This document shows, in pieces, positions 1 through 10,628 of a DNA stretch of 64,000 bases. The translations under genes and the position numbers were made by a program. Position 1 is the first letter of the stretch. The number at the start of each line of letters is the position of its first letter. Origin of the DNA: Squalus acanthias (taxonomy: Eukaryota); assembly GCA_030390025.1 (NCBI GenBank), contig CM059432.1:146322001-146386000 (forward strand). Reading direction: 5' to 3'. Under the pieces are notes generated by a model. The model had not been told where the DNA came from, did not search any database, and was given only the letters and a program-made list of their open reading frames with translations.

Positions 1-1896
1 TTGTTCAGTCTCTCTCTCTCTCATTGTTCAGTCTCTCTCTCTCTCATTGTTCAGTCTCTCTCTCTCTCATTGTTCAGTCTCTCTCTCTCTCTCATTGTTC
101 AGTCTCTCTCTCTCTCATTGTTCAGTCTCTCTCTCTCACTCTCTCTCATTGTTCAGTCTCTCTCTCTCTCATTGTTCAGTCTCTCTCTCTCATTGTTCAG
201 TCTTCTCTCTCTCTCATTGTTCAGTCTCTCTCTCTCTCTCATTGTTCAGTCTCTCTCTCTCATTTGTTCAGCTCTCTCTCTCTCTCATTGTTCAGTCTCT
301 CTCTCTCTCTCTCATTGTTCAGTCTCTCTCTCTCATTGTTCAGTCTCTCTCTCTCTCATTGTTCAGTCTCTCTCTCTCTCATTGTTCTGTCTCTCTCTCT
401 CATTGTTCAGTCTCTCTCTCTCTCATTGTTCAGTCTCGTCTCTCTCTCTCATTGTTCAGTCTCTCTCTCTCTCATTGTTCAGTCTCTCTCTCTCTCTCAT
501 TGTTCAGTCTCTCTCTCCTCTTCTCATGTTCAGTCTCTCTCTCTCTCATTGTTCAGTCTCTCTCTCTCTCTATTGTTCAGTCTCTCTCTCTCATTGTTCA
601 GTCTCTCTCTCTCTCTTATTGTTCAGTCTCTCTCTCTCTCATTGTTCAGTCTCTCTCTCATTGCTCACTCTCTCTCTCTCTCATTGTTCAGTCTCTCTCT
701 CTCTCTCTCTTATTGTTCAGTCTCTCTCTCTCTCTCATTGTTCAGTCTCTCTCTCTCTCTCATTGTTCTGTCTCTCTCTCTCATTGTTCAGTCTCTCTCT
801 CTCTCTCTCTCATTGTTCTCTGTCTCTCTCTCTCTCTCTTATTGTTCAGTCTCTCTCTCTCATTGTTCAGTCTCTCTCTCTCTCATTGTTCTGTCTCTCT
901 CTCTCATTGTTCAGTCTCTCTCTCATTGTTCAGTCTCTCTCTCTCTCTTTGTTCAGCCTCTCTCTCTCTCTCTCATTGTTCAGTCTCTCTCTCTCTCTCA
1001 TTGTTCAGTCTCTCTCTCTCTCTCATTGTTCAGTCTCTCTCTCTCTCTCATTGTTCAGTCTCTCTCTCTCTCTCATTGTTCAGTCTCTCTCTCTCTCTCT
1101 CATTGTTCAGTCTCTCTCTCTCTCATTGTTCAGTCTCTCTCTCTCTCATTGTTCAGTCTCTCTCTCTCTCATTGTTCAGACTCTCTCTCTCATTGTTCAG
1201 TCTCTCTCTCATTGTTCAGTCTCTCTCTCTCTCTCTTTGTTCAGTCTCTCTCTCTCTCTCTTTGTTCCGTCTCTCTCTCTCTCTCTCTCATTGTTCAGTC
1301 TCTATCTCTCTCTTTGTTCAGTCTCTCTCCTCTCTCTCTCTCATTGTTCAGTCTCTCTCTCTCTCATTGTTCAGTCTCTCTCTCTCTCTCATTGTTCAGT
1401 CTCTCTCTCTCTCTCATTGTTCAGTCTCTCTCTCTCTCTCTCTCATTGTTCAGTCTCTCTCTCTCTCTCATTGTTCAGTCTCTCTCTCTCTCATTGTTCA
1501 GTCTCTCTCTCTCTCATTGTTCAGTCTCTCTCTCTCTCTCATTGTTCAGTCTCTCTCTTTCTCGCTCTCTCATTGTTCAGTCTCTCTCTCTCTCTCATTG
1601 TTCAGTCTCTCTCTCTCTCATTGTTCAGTCTCTCTCTCTCTCATTGTTCAGTTTCTCTCTCATTGTTCTGTCTCTCTCTCTCTCATTGTTCAGTCTCTCT
1701 CTCTCTCTCTCATTCTTCAGTCTCTCTCTCATTGTTCAGTCTCTCTCTCTCTCTCTTATTGTTCAGTCTCTCTCTCTCTCTCATTGTTCAGTCTCTCTCT
1801 CTCTCGTTGCTCAGTCTCTCTCTCTCTCATTGTTCAGTCTCTCTCTCTCTCTCTCTTATTGTTCAGTCTCTCTCTCTCTCTCTCATTGTTCAGTCT
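1..1896. repeat. Minisatellite CATTGTTCAGT(CT)n, unit about 19-31 bp, left part (runs off window start)
   Basis: Directly visible tandem array with a constant core and variable CT tract; ends where LINE ORF1 sequence begins. Confidence 0.98.
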
Positions 1897-2546
1897 CCTG
1901 TGGTCATCTCCCTCCAAAACAGGTATGCCACTTTGGATACTGTTGGGGGAGATGGCCTACCAGGGGTAGGCACTAGCAGCCAGGTTCATGGCACCATGGC
2001 TGGCTCTGCTGCACAGCAGGGCGGGAAAAAGAGTGGTAGGGCTATAGTGATAGGGGACTCAATTGTAAGGGGAATAGACATGAGTTTCTGTGGCTGCAAA
2101 CGAGATTCCAGGATGGTATGTTGCCTCCTGGTGCAAGGGTCAAGGTTGTCTCGGAGCGGCTGCAGAACATTCTGAAGAGGGAGGGTGAACAGCCAGCTGT
2201 CGTGGTGCATTTAGGTACCAACGATATAGGTAAAAAGCGGGAAGAGGTCCTACAAGCAGAATTTAGGGAGCTTGGAGCTAAATTAAAAAGTAGGACCTCT
2301 AAAGTAGTAATCTCTGGATTGCTACCAGTGCCACGTGCTAATCAGAATAGAGAGAACAGGATAGTGAGATTGAATACATGGCTTGAGCAGTGGTGCAGGA
2401 GGGAGGGATTCAAATTCCTGAGGCATTGGAACCAGTTCTGGGGGAAGTGGGACCTGTACAAAAGGGACGGTCTGCACTTGGGCAGGACTGGAACCGATGT
2501 CCTCGGGGTAATATTTGCTTCAGCAGTTCGGGACGATTTAAACTAA
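1897..2546 (+). pseudogene. CR1 ORF1 C-terminal SGNH/GDSL esterase domain, frameshifted near 2125-2130
   Basis: IVIGDSIVRG in one frame; PGARV, VHLGTNDIG and DGLHL in the next frame. Confidence 0.88.
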
Positions 2547-2855
2547 TATGGCAGGGGAATGGGAACCTATGTAGCGAAACAGGGGGAAGTAATATGCAGT
2601 CAGAAACAAATGTTAGAAGGGTGAGAAACAATAGGGGAAGGCCGAGTAAACAAAGGCAAGAAACACAAAGGGCCATACTAAATCATAAGTCTAAAAGGAC
2701 AAAGGGTGTTAATAAAACAAGCCTAAAGGCTCTGTGTCTTAATGCAAGGAGTATCCGTAATAAGGTGGATGAATTGACTGTGCAAATAGATGTTAACGGA
2801 TACGATGTGATTGGGATTACAGAGACGTGGCTCCAGAACAATCAAGGCTGGGAAC
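2547..2855 (+). pseudogene. CR1 ORF2 N-terminus (start of APE endonuclease), cut off by SINE insertion
   Basis: LKALCLNARSIRNK...YDVIGITETWL...GWE; removing 2856-3285 restores GGC TGG GAA CTG AAC ATC (GWELNI). Confidence 0.9.
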
Positions 2856-3285
2856 AACACGGTGGCATAGTGGTTAGCACTGGTGCCTCACAGCGCCAGA
2901 GACCCGGGTTCGAATCTGACCTCGGGTGACTGTCTGTGTGGAGTTTGCACATTCTCCCCGTGTCTGCGTGGGTTTCCTCCGGGTGCTCCGGTTTCCTCCC
3001 ACAGTCCAAAAATGTGTGGGTTAGGTTGATTTGGCTATGATAAATTGACCCTTAGTGTTAGGGGGGATTAAATATGTGGGGTTATGGGGATAGGATGGGA
3101 TATGTTAGGGGGAATTAAATACGTGGGGTTACGGGGGTAGGGTGGGATATGTGTACTGTGGGGATTAAAGCAGGGACAGGGTACTGGATTTGGATGATCA
3201 GCCATGATCGTATTGAATGGCGGAGCAGGCTCGACGGGCCGAATGGCCTACTCCTGCTCCTAGATTCTATGTTTCTATGTTTCTA
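2856..3285 (+). mobile_element. tRNA-derived V-SINE (HE1-like) with CR1-derived 3' tail
   Basis: A-box TGGCATAGTGG; B-box GGTTCGAATC; V-domain-like core CTGTGTGGAGTTTGCAC...GGTTTCCTCCCACAGTCCAAA; 3' end resembles LINE tail 5970-6067. Confidence 0.9.
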
Positions 3286-5960
3286 TGAACATCCAGGGGT
3301 ATTCAACATTTAGAAAGGATAGAATAAAAGGAAAAGGGGGTGGGGTAGCATTGCTGGTTAAAGAGGAGATTAATGCAATAGCTAGGAAGGACATCAGCTT
3401 GGAGGATGTGGAATCAATATGGGTTGAGCTGCAGAACACCAAAGGGCAGAAAACGTTAGTGGGAGTTGTGTACAGACCTCCAAACAGCAGTAGTGAGGTG
3501 GGGGAGGGTATGAAACAGGAAATCAGAGGTGCGTGCAAAAAAGGCACGGCAGTTATCATGGGTGACTTTAATATGCATATAGATTGGGCTACTCAAACTG
3601 GAAGCAATACGGTGGAGGAGGATTTCCTGGAGTGTTTAAGGGATGGTTTCCTAAACCAATATGTTGAGGAACCAACTCGAGGGGAGGCCATCCTGGACTG
3701 GGTGTTGTGTAATGAGGAAGGACTAATCAGCAATCTTGTGGTACGAGGCCCCCTGGGGAAGAGTGACCATAGTATGGTGGAGTTCTACATTAGGATGGAG
3801 AAGGAAACAGTTAAGTCAGAGACCATGGTCCAGAACTTAAATAAGGGCAACTTTGAGGGTATGAGGCGTGAATTGGTGAGGTTAAATTGGCAAGTGATAT
3901 TTAAGGGGCTATCAGTGGAAGGGCAATGGCAGACATTTAGAGATCGCATGGATGAACTACAACAATTGTACATCCCGGTCTGGCGTAAAAATAAAAAAGG
4001 GAAGGTGGCTCAACCATGGCTAACAAGGGAAATCAGGGATAGTATTAAAACCAAGGAAGTTGCATACAAATTGGCCAGAAGTAGCAGCAAACCCGGGGAC
4101 TGGGAGAACTTCAAAACTCAGCAGAGGAGGACGAAGGGTTTGATTAGGGCAGGGAAAATAAAATATGAAAGGAAGCTTGCAGAGAACATTAAAATGGACT
4201 GCAAAAGCTTCTATAAATATGTAAAAAGAAAGAGGTTAGTAAAAACAAACGTAGGTCCCCTGCAGTCGGAAACAGGGGAAGTCGTAATGGGGAACAAGGA
4301 AATGGCAGATCAATTGAACAAGTACTTTGGTTCGGTGTTTACTGTGGAGGACACACACAACCTGCCGGAAATAAAAGGAGTCAGAGGATCTGGTAAGAGG
4401 GAGGAGCTGAGGGAAATCCTTATTAGTCGGGAAAAGGTATTGGGAAAATTGATGGGACTGAAGGCTGAAAAATCCCCGGGGCCTGATGGTCTGCATCCCA
4501 GAGTACTTAAGGAGGTGGCCTTGGAAATAGTGGATGCATTGACGATCATTTTCCAACATTCCTTAGACTCTGGATCAGTTCCGATGGAGTGGAGGGTGGC
4601 CAATGTAACCCCTCTTTTTAAAAAAGGAGGGAGGGAGAAAGCAGGGAATTATAGACCGGTCAGCCTGACATCGGTCATGGGTAAAATGATGGAAGCAATT
4701 ATTAAAGATGTCATAACAGACCATTTGGAAAGTGGCGACATGATAGGTCCAAGTCAGCATGGATTTGTGAAAGGGAAATCATGCTTGACAAATCTTGTGG
4801 AATTTTTTGAGGATGTTTCCAATAGGGTGGACGGGGGGGAACCAGTAGATGTGGTGTATTTGGACTTTCAGAAGGCCTTCGACAAGGTCCCACACAAGAG
4901 ATTGGTGAGCAAAGTTAAAGCACATGGGATTGGGGGTAATGTGTTGACGTGGATTGAGAACTGGTTGGCACACAGGAAACAAAGAGTAGGAGTAAATGGG
5001 TACTTTTCAGAATGGCAGGCAGTGACCAGCGGGGTACCGCAGGGTTCGGTGCTGGGACCCCAGCTGTTTACATTATATATTAATGATTTGGACGAAGGGA
5101 TTAAATGTAATATCTCCAAATTTGCGGATGACACTAAATTGGGAGGCAGTGTGAACAATGAGGAGGATGCTAGGAGGCTACAGAGTGACTTGGACAGGTT
5201 GGGTGAATGGGCAAATGTATGGCAGATGAAGTACAATGTGGATAAATGTGAGGTTATCCACTTTGGTGGTAAAAATAGAGACGCGGACTATTACCTGAAT
5301 GGTGGCAGATTAGGGAAAGGGGAGGTGCAACGAGACCTGGGCGTCATGGTACATCTGTCACTGAAGGTGGGAATGCAAGTGCAGCAGGCAGTCAAGAAAG
5401 CAAACGGAATGATGGCCTTCATAGTAAGGGGATTTGAGTACAGGAGTAGGGAGGTGATGCTGCAGTTGTACAGGGCCTTGGTGAGGCCACACCTGGAGTA
5501 TTGTGCGCAGTTTTGGTCTCCTAACTTAAGGAAGGACATTCTTGCTATTGAGGGAGTGCAGCGAAGGTTCACTAGATTGATTCCTGGGATGGCCGGTCTG
5601 ACATATCAAGAAAGATTGGGTCAACTGAACTTGTATGCTCTGGAGTTCAGAAGAATGAGGAGGGATCTTATAGAGACATTTAAAATCCTGACTGGTTTAG
5701 ACAAATTAGATGCGGGCAGAATGTTCCCAATGTTAGGGAAAACTAGAACCAGGGGTCACAGTCTAAGGATTAAGGGGAAGCCATTTAAGATTGAGCTGAG
5801 GAGGAACTTCTTCACCCAGAGAGTGGTGAATCTATGGAATTCTCTTCCACAGAAGATTGTTGAGGCCAGTTCGCTAAATATATTCAAAAGGGAGTTAGAT
5901 ATAACACTCACAACTCGGGGGATCAAAGGGTATGTCGAGAAAGCAGGAATGGGGTACTGA
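3285..5960 (+). CDS. CR1 ORF2 remainder: partial endonuclease plus uninterrupted reverse transcriptase (891 aa)
   Basis: MGDFN, SDH, YRPVSLTS, YLDFQKAFDKV, GVPQGSVLGP and FADDTK motifs with no stops; lacks the endonuclease N-terminus. Confidence 0.9.
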   Translation: MNIQGYSTFRKDRIKGKGGGVALLVKEEINAIARKDISLEDVESIWVELQNTKGQKTLVGVVYRPPNSSSEVGEGMKQEIRGACKKGTAVIMGDFNMHIDWATQTGSNTVEEDFLECLRDGFLNQYVEEPTRGEAILDWVLCNEEGLISNLVVRGPLGKSDHSMVEFYIRMEKETVKSETMVQNLNKGNFEGMRRELVRLNWQVIFKGLSVEGQWQTFRDRMDELQQLYIPVWRKNKKGKVAQPWLTREIRDSIKTKEVAYKLARSSSKPGDWENFKTQQRRTKGLIRAGKIKYERKLAENIKMDCKSFYKYVKRKRLVKTNVGPLQSETGEVVMGNKEMADQLNKYFGSVFTVEDTHNLPEIKGVRGSGKREELREILISREKVLGKLMGLKAEKSPGPDGLHPRVLKEVALEIVDALTIIFQHSLDSGSVPMEWRVANVTPLFKKGGREKAGNYRPVSLTSVMGKMMEAIIKDVITDHLESGDMIGPSQHGFVKGKSCLTNLVEFFEDVSNRVDGGEPVDVVYLDFQKAFDKVPHKRLVSKVKAHGIGGNVLTWIENWLAHRKQRVGVNGYFSEWQAVTSGVPQGSVLGPQLFTLYINDLDEGIKCNISKFADDTKLGGSVNNEEDARRLQSDLDRLGEWANVWQMKYNVDKCEVIHFGGKNRDADYYLNGGRLGKGEVQRDLGVMVHLSLKVGMQVQQAVKKANGMMAFIVRGFEYRSREVMLQLYRALVRPHLEYCAQFWSPNLRKDILAIEGVQRRFTRLIPGMAGLTYQERLGQLNLYALEFRRMRRDLIETFKILTGLDKLDAGRMFPMLGKTRTRGHSLRIKGKPFKIELRRNFFTQRVVNLWNSLPQKIVEASSLNIFKRELDITLTTRGIKGYVEKAGMGY

Positions 5961-6067
5961 GGTAGCATGTTCAGCCATGAATGCATTGAATGGCGGTGCA
6001 GGCTCGAAGGACCGAATGGTCTACTCCTGTACCTATTTTCTATGTTTCTATGTTTCTATGTTTCTAT

Positions 6068-6840
6068 GGGGTAAAAATTGAGTCGCGCCCCATTTGGGGC
6101 GCTAACCTCGCCGGGGCGCGACTTTTAGCGCCCCGAAAAAATTAGCGGCCCCGCGTCGGAACTTCAGTGGTTGCGCCCCAAGAGGGAAGCGGGGCGCCAC
6201 TGGAAGCACCCCGCATCCCTCTTGGGGCGCTGCGAGTGAATATCCTGGCGCTACGTGCCGCAGCGCCACGCGCTGCGGCACGTCGCGCCGCGGTATTGCA
6301 GGCCTTCCTCCCCTTCTTAAAGCGGAGGGACCCTGCGCAGCGCGAACTGGGGCCCAGCTGGGCCCCCAGGGATCGGGAGTGCCGGCAAAAGAGCCCGGCA
6401 CTCAAGAGATGTGCCGGGCTCTTGGAGCGCAGCCGGCACTTCACGGTGGGGGGGCTTCACGGGGGCCGGGGACAGCAACGGGGGCAGGTGCTGGCAGGCG
6501 GCCAGCAACAAAAATGGCCGCCTGCCACCTCCGCTTTAAATATCGCCGCCCCGGCCGCACGTACGCCTCCCTGAACCCGTCGGACATAGCGTCTGGCGGT
6601 AAATCAGGGGGCGCGACTGAAGATCACGGCCGGGGCGCGAGCGGGGTGCTGCGCACGGCGATGACGTCATCGCCGGCGGCGCAGCGCCACAGGGCGCTAC
6701 CGGCTGCCGCCGCCGCTAACCTCCCACTAAATTTTTCGGGAGGCGTGGGCGGCGCTGCGCCCGGGCGTTAGCTGCTTTACGCCCCATTAGCGCCCTCTTA
6801 AGGCGCTAACGGGAGGCGCAAGCAGCTGAATTTTTCCCCC
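6068..6840 (-). mobile_element. Harbinger MITE, subfamily A1 (773 bp), TSD TAT
   Basis: Termini GGGGTAAAAATT / AATTTTTCCCCC flanked by TAT; ends match 34469-38670 in reverse; sister copy at 30130-30890. Confidence 0.92.
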
Positions 6841-6844
6841 TATG

Positions 6845-8608
6845 TCTCTCTCTCTCTCTCATTGATCATTCTCTCTCTCTCTCATTGTTCAGTCTCTCTC
6901 TCTCTCTGTCTCATTGTTCAGTCTCTCTCTCTCATTGTTCAGTCTCTCTCTCTCTCTGTCTCATTGTTCAGTCTCTCTCTCTCATTGTTCAGTCTCTCTC
7001 TCTCTCTCTCATTGTTCAGTCTCTCTCTCTCTCTCATTGTTCAGTCTCTCTCTCTCTCTCATTGTTCAGTGTCTCTCGCTCATTGTTCTGTCTCTCTCTC
7101 TCTCTCTTATTGTTCAGTCTCTCTCTCTCTCTCATCCTTCAGTCTCACTCTCTCTCTCTCTCTCATTGTTCAGTCTCTCTCTCATTGTTCAGTCTCTCTC
7201 TCATTGTTCAGTCTCTCTCTCTCTCTCTCTCATTGTTCAGTCTCTCTCTCTCTCATTGTTCAGTCTCTCTCTCTCATTGTTCAGTCTCTCTCTCTCTCTC
7301 ATTGTTCAGTCTCTCTCTCTCTCTCTCATTGTTCAGTCTCTCTCTCTCTCTCTCTCATTGTTCAGTCTCTCTCTCTCTCATTGTTCAGTCTCTCTCTCTC
7401 TCTAATTGTTCAGTCACTCTCTCTCATTGTTCAGTCTCTCTCTCTCTCATTGTTCAGTCTCTCTCTCATGTCAGTCTCTCTCTCTCATTGTTCAGTCTCT
7501 CTCTCTCTCATTGTTCAGTCTCTCTCTCTCTCTCATTGTTCAGTCTCTCTCTCTCTCTCATTGTTCAGTCTCTCTCTCTCTCTCTCATTGTTCAGTCTCT
7601 CTCTCTCTCTCATTGTTCAGTCTCTCTCTCTCTCATTGTTCAGTCTCTCTCTCTCTCATTGTTCAGTCTCTCTCTCTCATTGTTCAGTCTCTCTCTCTCT
7701 CATTGTTCAGTCTCTCTCTCTCTCTCTCTCATTGTTCAGTCTCTCTCTCTCTCATTGTTCAGTCTCTCTCTCTCATTGTTCAGTCTCTCTCTCTCTCTCA
7801 TTGTTCAGTCTCTCTCTCTCTCTCATTGTTCAGTCTCTCTCTCTCTCTCTCATTGTTCAGTCTCTCTCTCTCTCATTGTTCAGTCTCTCTCTCTCTCTCA
7901 TTGTTCAGTCTCTCTCTCTCTCTCTCATTGTTCAGTCTCTCTCTCTCTCTCATTGTTCAGTCTCTCTCTCTCTCATTGTTCAGTCTCTCTCTCTCTCATT
8001 GTTCAGTCTCTCTCTCTCATTGTTCAGTCTCTCTCTCTCTCATTGTTCAGTCTCTCTCTCTCTCCTCTCTCATTGTTCAGTCTCTCTCCCTCTCATTGTT
8101 CAGTCTCTCTCTCTCTCATTGTTCAGTCTCTCTCTCTCTCTCTCATTGTTCAGTCTCTCTCTCTCTCATTGTTCAGTCTCTCTCTCTCTCTCTCATTGTT
8201 CAATCTCTCTCTCTCTCTCTCATTGTTCTGTCTCTCTCTCTCATTGTTCAGTCTCTCTCTCTCTCTCATTGTTCAGTCTCTCTCTCATTGTTCAGTCTCT
8301 CTCTCTCTCTTATTGTTCAGTCTCTCTCTCTCTCATTGTTCAGTCTCTCTCTCTCTCTCATTGTTCAGTCTCTCTCTCTCCCTAGAGTTCATGCTCTCTC
8401 TCTCTCTTATTGTTCAGTCTCTCTCTCTCTCTCTCTCCCCTCTCTCTCTCGTTCAGTCTTTCTCTCTCTCTCTCATTGTTCAGTCTCTCTCTCTCGCTCC
8501 CTAGAGTTCAGGCTCTCTCTCTCTCATTGTTCAGTCTCTCTCTGCCACTCTCTCTCTCCCTCTCTCTCTCATTCAGTCTTTCTCTCTCTCATATTGTTCA
8601 GTGTCTCT
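6845..8608. repeat. Minisatellite CATTGTTCAGT(CT)n, right part, degenerating at its 3' end
   Basis: Same unit as 1-1896; a remnant unit reappears at about 10325-10345. Confidence 0.97.
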
Positions 8609-10321
8609 GGGCTGGTTTTATGAATCTCGGCGATGTTGGTGGTGGGTCCCGACCACGCTGTTCTTTCCATCCTAGCCTCTGAAATGAATTTCCGCCTGAT
8701 TTGGCTCGTTAAGCCCATGTAGCGAGTTTCCCAGCCAATTAGAGGAAGCGGGTCTGGTAACATTATTTGATGCGTCATCAACTGGTTTCCTTACAGGGAC
8801 CATGGGTAACTTACTTTTGACATTTGAGCTGTCAGTGTTCTACAGCATTGAGGTGCTGCAAACTCTGACGAGTACTGCAGAGGTGCAGGGCTGCACCCAG
8901 GCTCCCCCTTGACTCCCTCCAATTGCTTTTGGAGTGTTTCGCAGCACTCAGGGAGGTCCTCTTCTCTTCCCATGGGCGGAAGAGACCGCCCCAGAAGATC
9001 AACGCAGCCTGGTTGCACATTGCAGAGGAGGACACAAGCAGGGATGTCGTCAGGAGGACCTGGCTGCAGTGGCGCAAACCTTTCAATGATCTCAGTCGAT
9101 CACGAAACATTAGTACAAAGCCACACTCAACCTCATCCTGCTGTGCCTCTCATCACTTCCCCATCACTCTGCCTTCCCTACCCATCTCCTGCACACCCTT
9201 ACTCACACCAACTTACCTTGCACCTCCACCCATCCCTCTCTATCTACATGATCACATCCCCATCTCACTAGCCACCCCTCACACTCACTCTCATCTTAGT
9301 GCAATCATACCAATTAACACAGAAGGGTAGGCACTTGTGTGTTTTATGCAATGATCATGTAAAGTTTCTGTTAATAATGTCAAACATTGAAACCTTTATT
9401 TTGTACACTTTGCGTTCTTGGACAGATTTGTGTGCACCTTTGGAAGTGGCTTAGTGAGTTGCAGTGAATGGTGAGACATAATGGTACCCCCCGCAATGGT
9501 GATGAGTGTGAAAGGAATGGCTTGGACATTGTATGGATGCTTTATAATGTTGGTGTGGGGTGGTGCTAACCTGGCACATCATGTGGCAGCCAGGGTGTAC
9601 AGCATCAAGTGAAGTAAATCTGGCCATGGTGAGGCCATCCCTGGCGTCCCGGGCAGCAATGTGGTCAGGTCCTGATGCCCTGTGTCCTGTGCAGCATCAG
9701 GTGATTGCGGAGAAGTTTGGTGTTGTTGTTGGTGCTGCTGGTGTGCCTGGTGCTGCTGGTGTTGTGGCTGATCGTGGTGGGATTCTGAGGACCAAGGTGA
9801 GAGAGTTTCAAGGGCACCCATGCAGATGGAATAGATGGCAGGTGAAGTAGAGGAAGCACGCGATGGTGGGAGAGGTAATGAGGTCAGACTGGATGGAGAC
9901 TTGTGTAAGGGCATGCAGCATCCCGAATCTGTAGTGGAAATGCAGTTTAGAGAAGCTAGTGGTTAAGGGAACATTTCTCAATCAGCTGGGAGCTTTGGCT
10001 TGACATTTGAAGCTGTCAACTCATCAGCTGATTCAATGGCAAGTGACCTCCCGCCTCAGCTTCACAGACGAGGCCTAGGCACAGCGGGAATCCAGTGGAT
10101 GACCTGTCAATATCAAAAAGCTGGGAAAAGACCATTAAGTGGCTGGAAACAAGCCACTTTTGATTTTAATTGCCTCCCCTGCCGTTGCATGTTGGGTCTG
10201 CTCAGCGCTGGCAGACCCGACATTTGGTAGCGGCGCGTGGTGGTGGGTTCACAGCGGGGTTGGTGGGGAAAACACTTTCCCACCCGACCCGCGCCTGCTG
10301 ACCCCCTGCAAAATACAGTCC
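8609..10321 (+). mobile_element. Non-autonomous Harbinger family B (about 1.7 kb), TSD TCT
   Basis: Imperfect TIRs GGGCTGGTTTT / AAAATACAGTCC; Myb/SANT remnant AAWLHIAEE...RRTWLQWRKPFNDL at about 8880-9110; homologous to 17384-20742 and 28359-29979. Confidence 0.82.
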
Positions 10322-10628
10322 TCTATTATTGTTCAATGTCTCTCTGGCCGGAATTTCCCCCAAATAAATAGGGTGGGTTTGGAGCGTGGGGGCAGTTAAA
10401 TTGTTAGAAAGTGGGATTCCCGCGTCCAACCCGCCCACTTCCGGTTTTCCCGGAGGCGGGTCGGGTGACGGGCAGCCAACCTGCTCCCAGGGGGCATTAC
10501 CTCAATTGAAATCTTGTAATGAGGCTGGAAGCCACTATTTTCCTAGTCCTCGTCCTAGTACTGAACCTTGGAGAACTCCACCGTTTACCTCAACTCCAGT
10601 CTGAAAAACAGCCATTCACCGTATCTCT

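Larger units (their letters stand above)
1897..6067 (+). mobile_element. 5'-truncated CR1-clade LINE (HER1-like): partial ORF1, ORF2, 3' tail (TTTCTATG)n
   Basis: SGNH esterase ORF1, APE endonuclease and RT motifs, and a short 3' UTR ending in 8-bp repeats. Confidence 0.95.

Noticed and set aside
2861..2930. tRNA gene (likewise 58975-59047)
   Set aside because: A/B boxes run into SINE body and LINE-derived tail; these are SINE heads.
6102..6771. Overlapping GC-rich ORFs and CpG-island-like promoter
   Set aside because: Entirely within a MITE; the ORFs are not preserved in the sister copy.
1..8623. Long Ser/Leu-rich ORFs (up to 724 aa)
   Set aside because: Open in all three frames because the minisatellite unit lacks stop codons.
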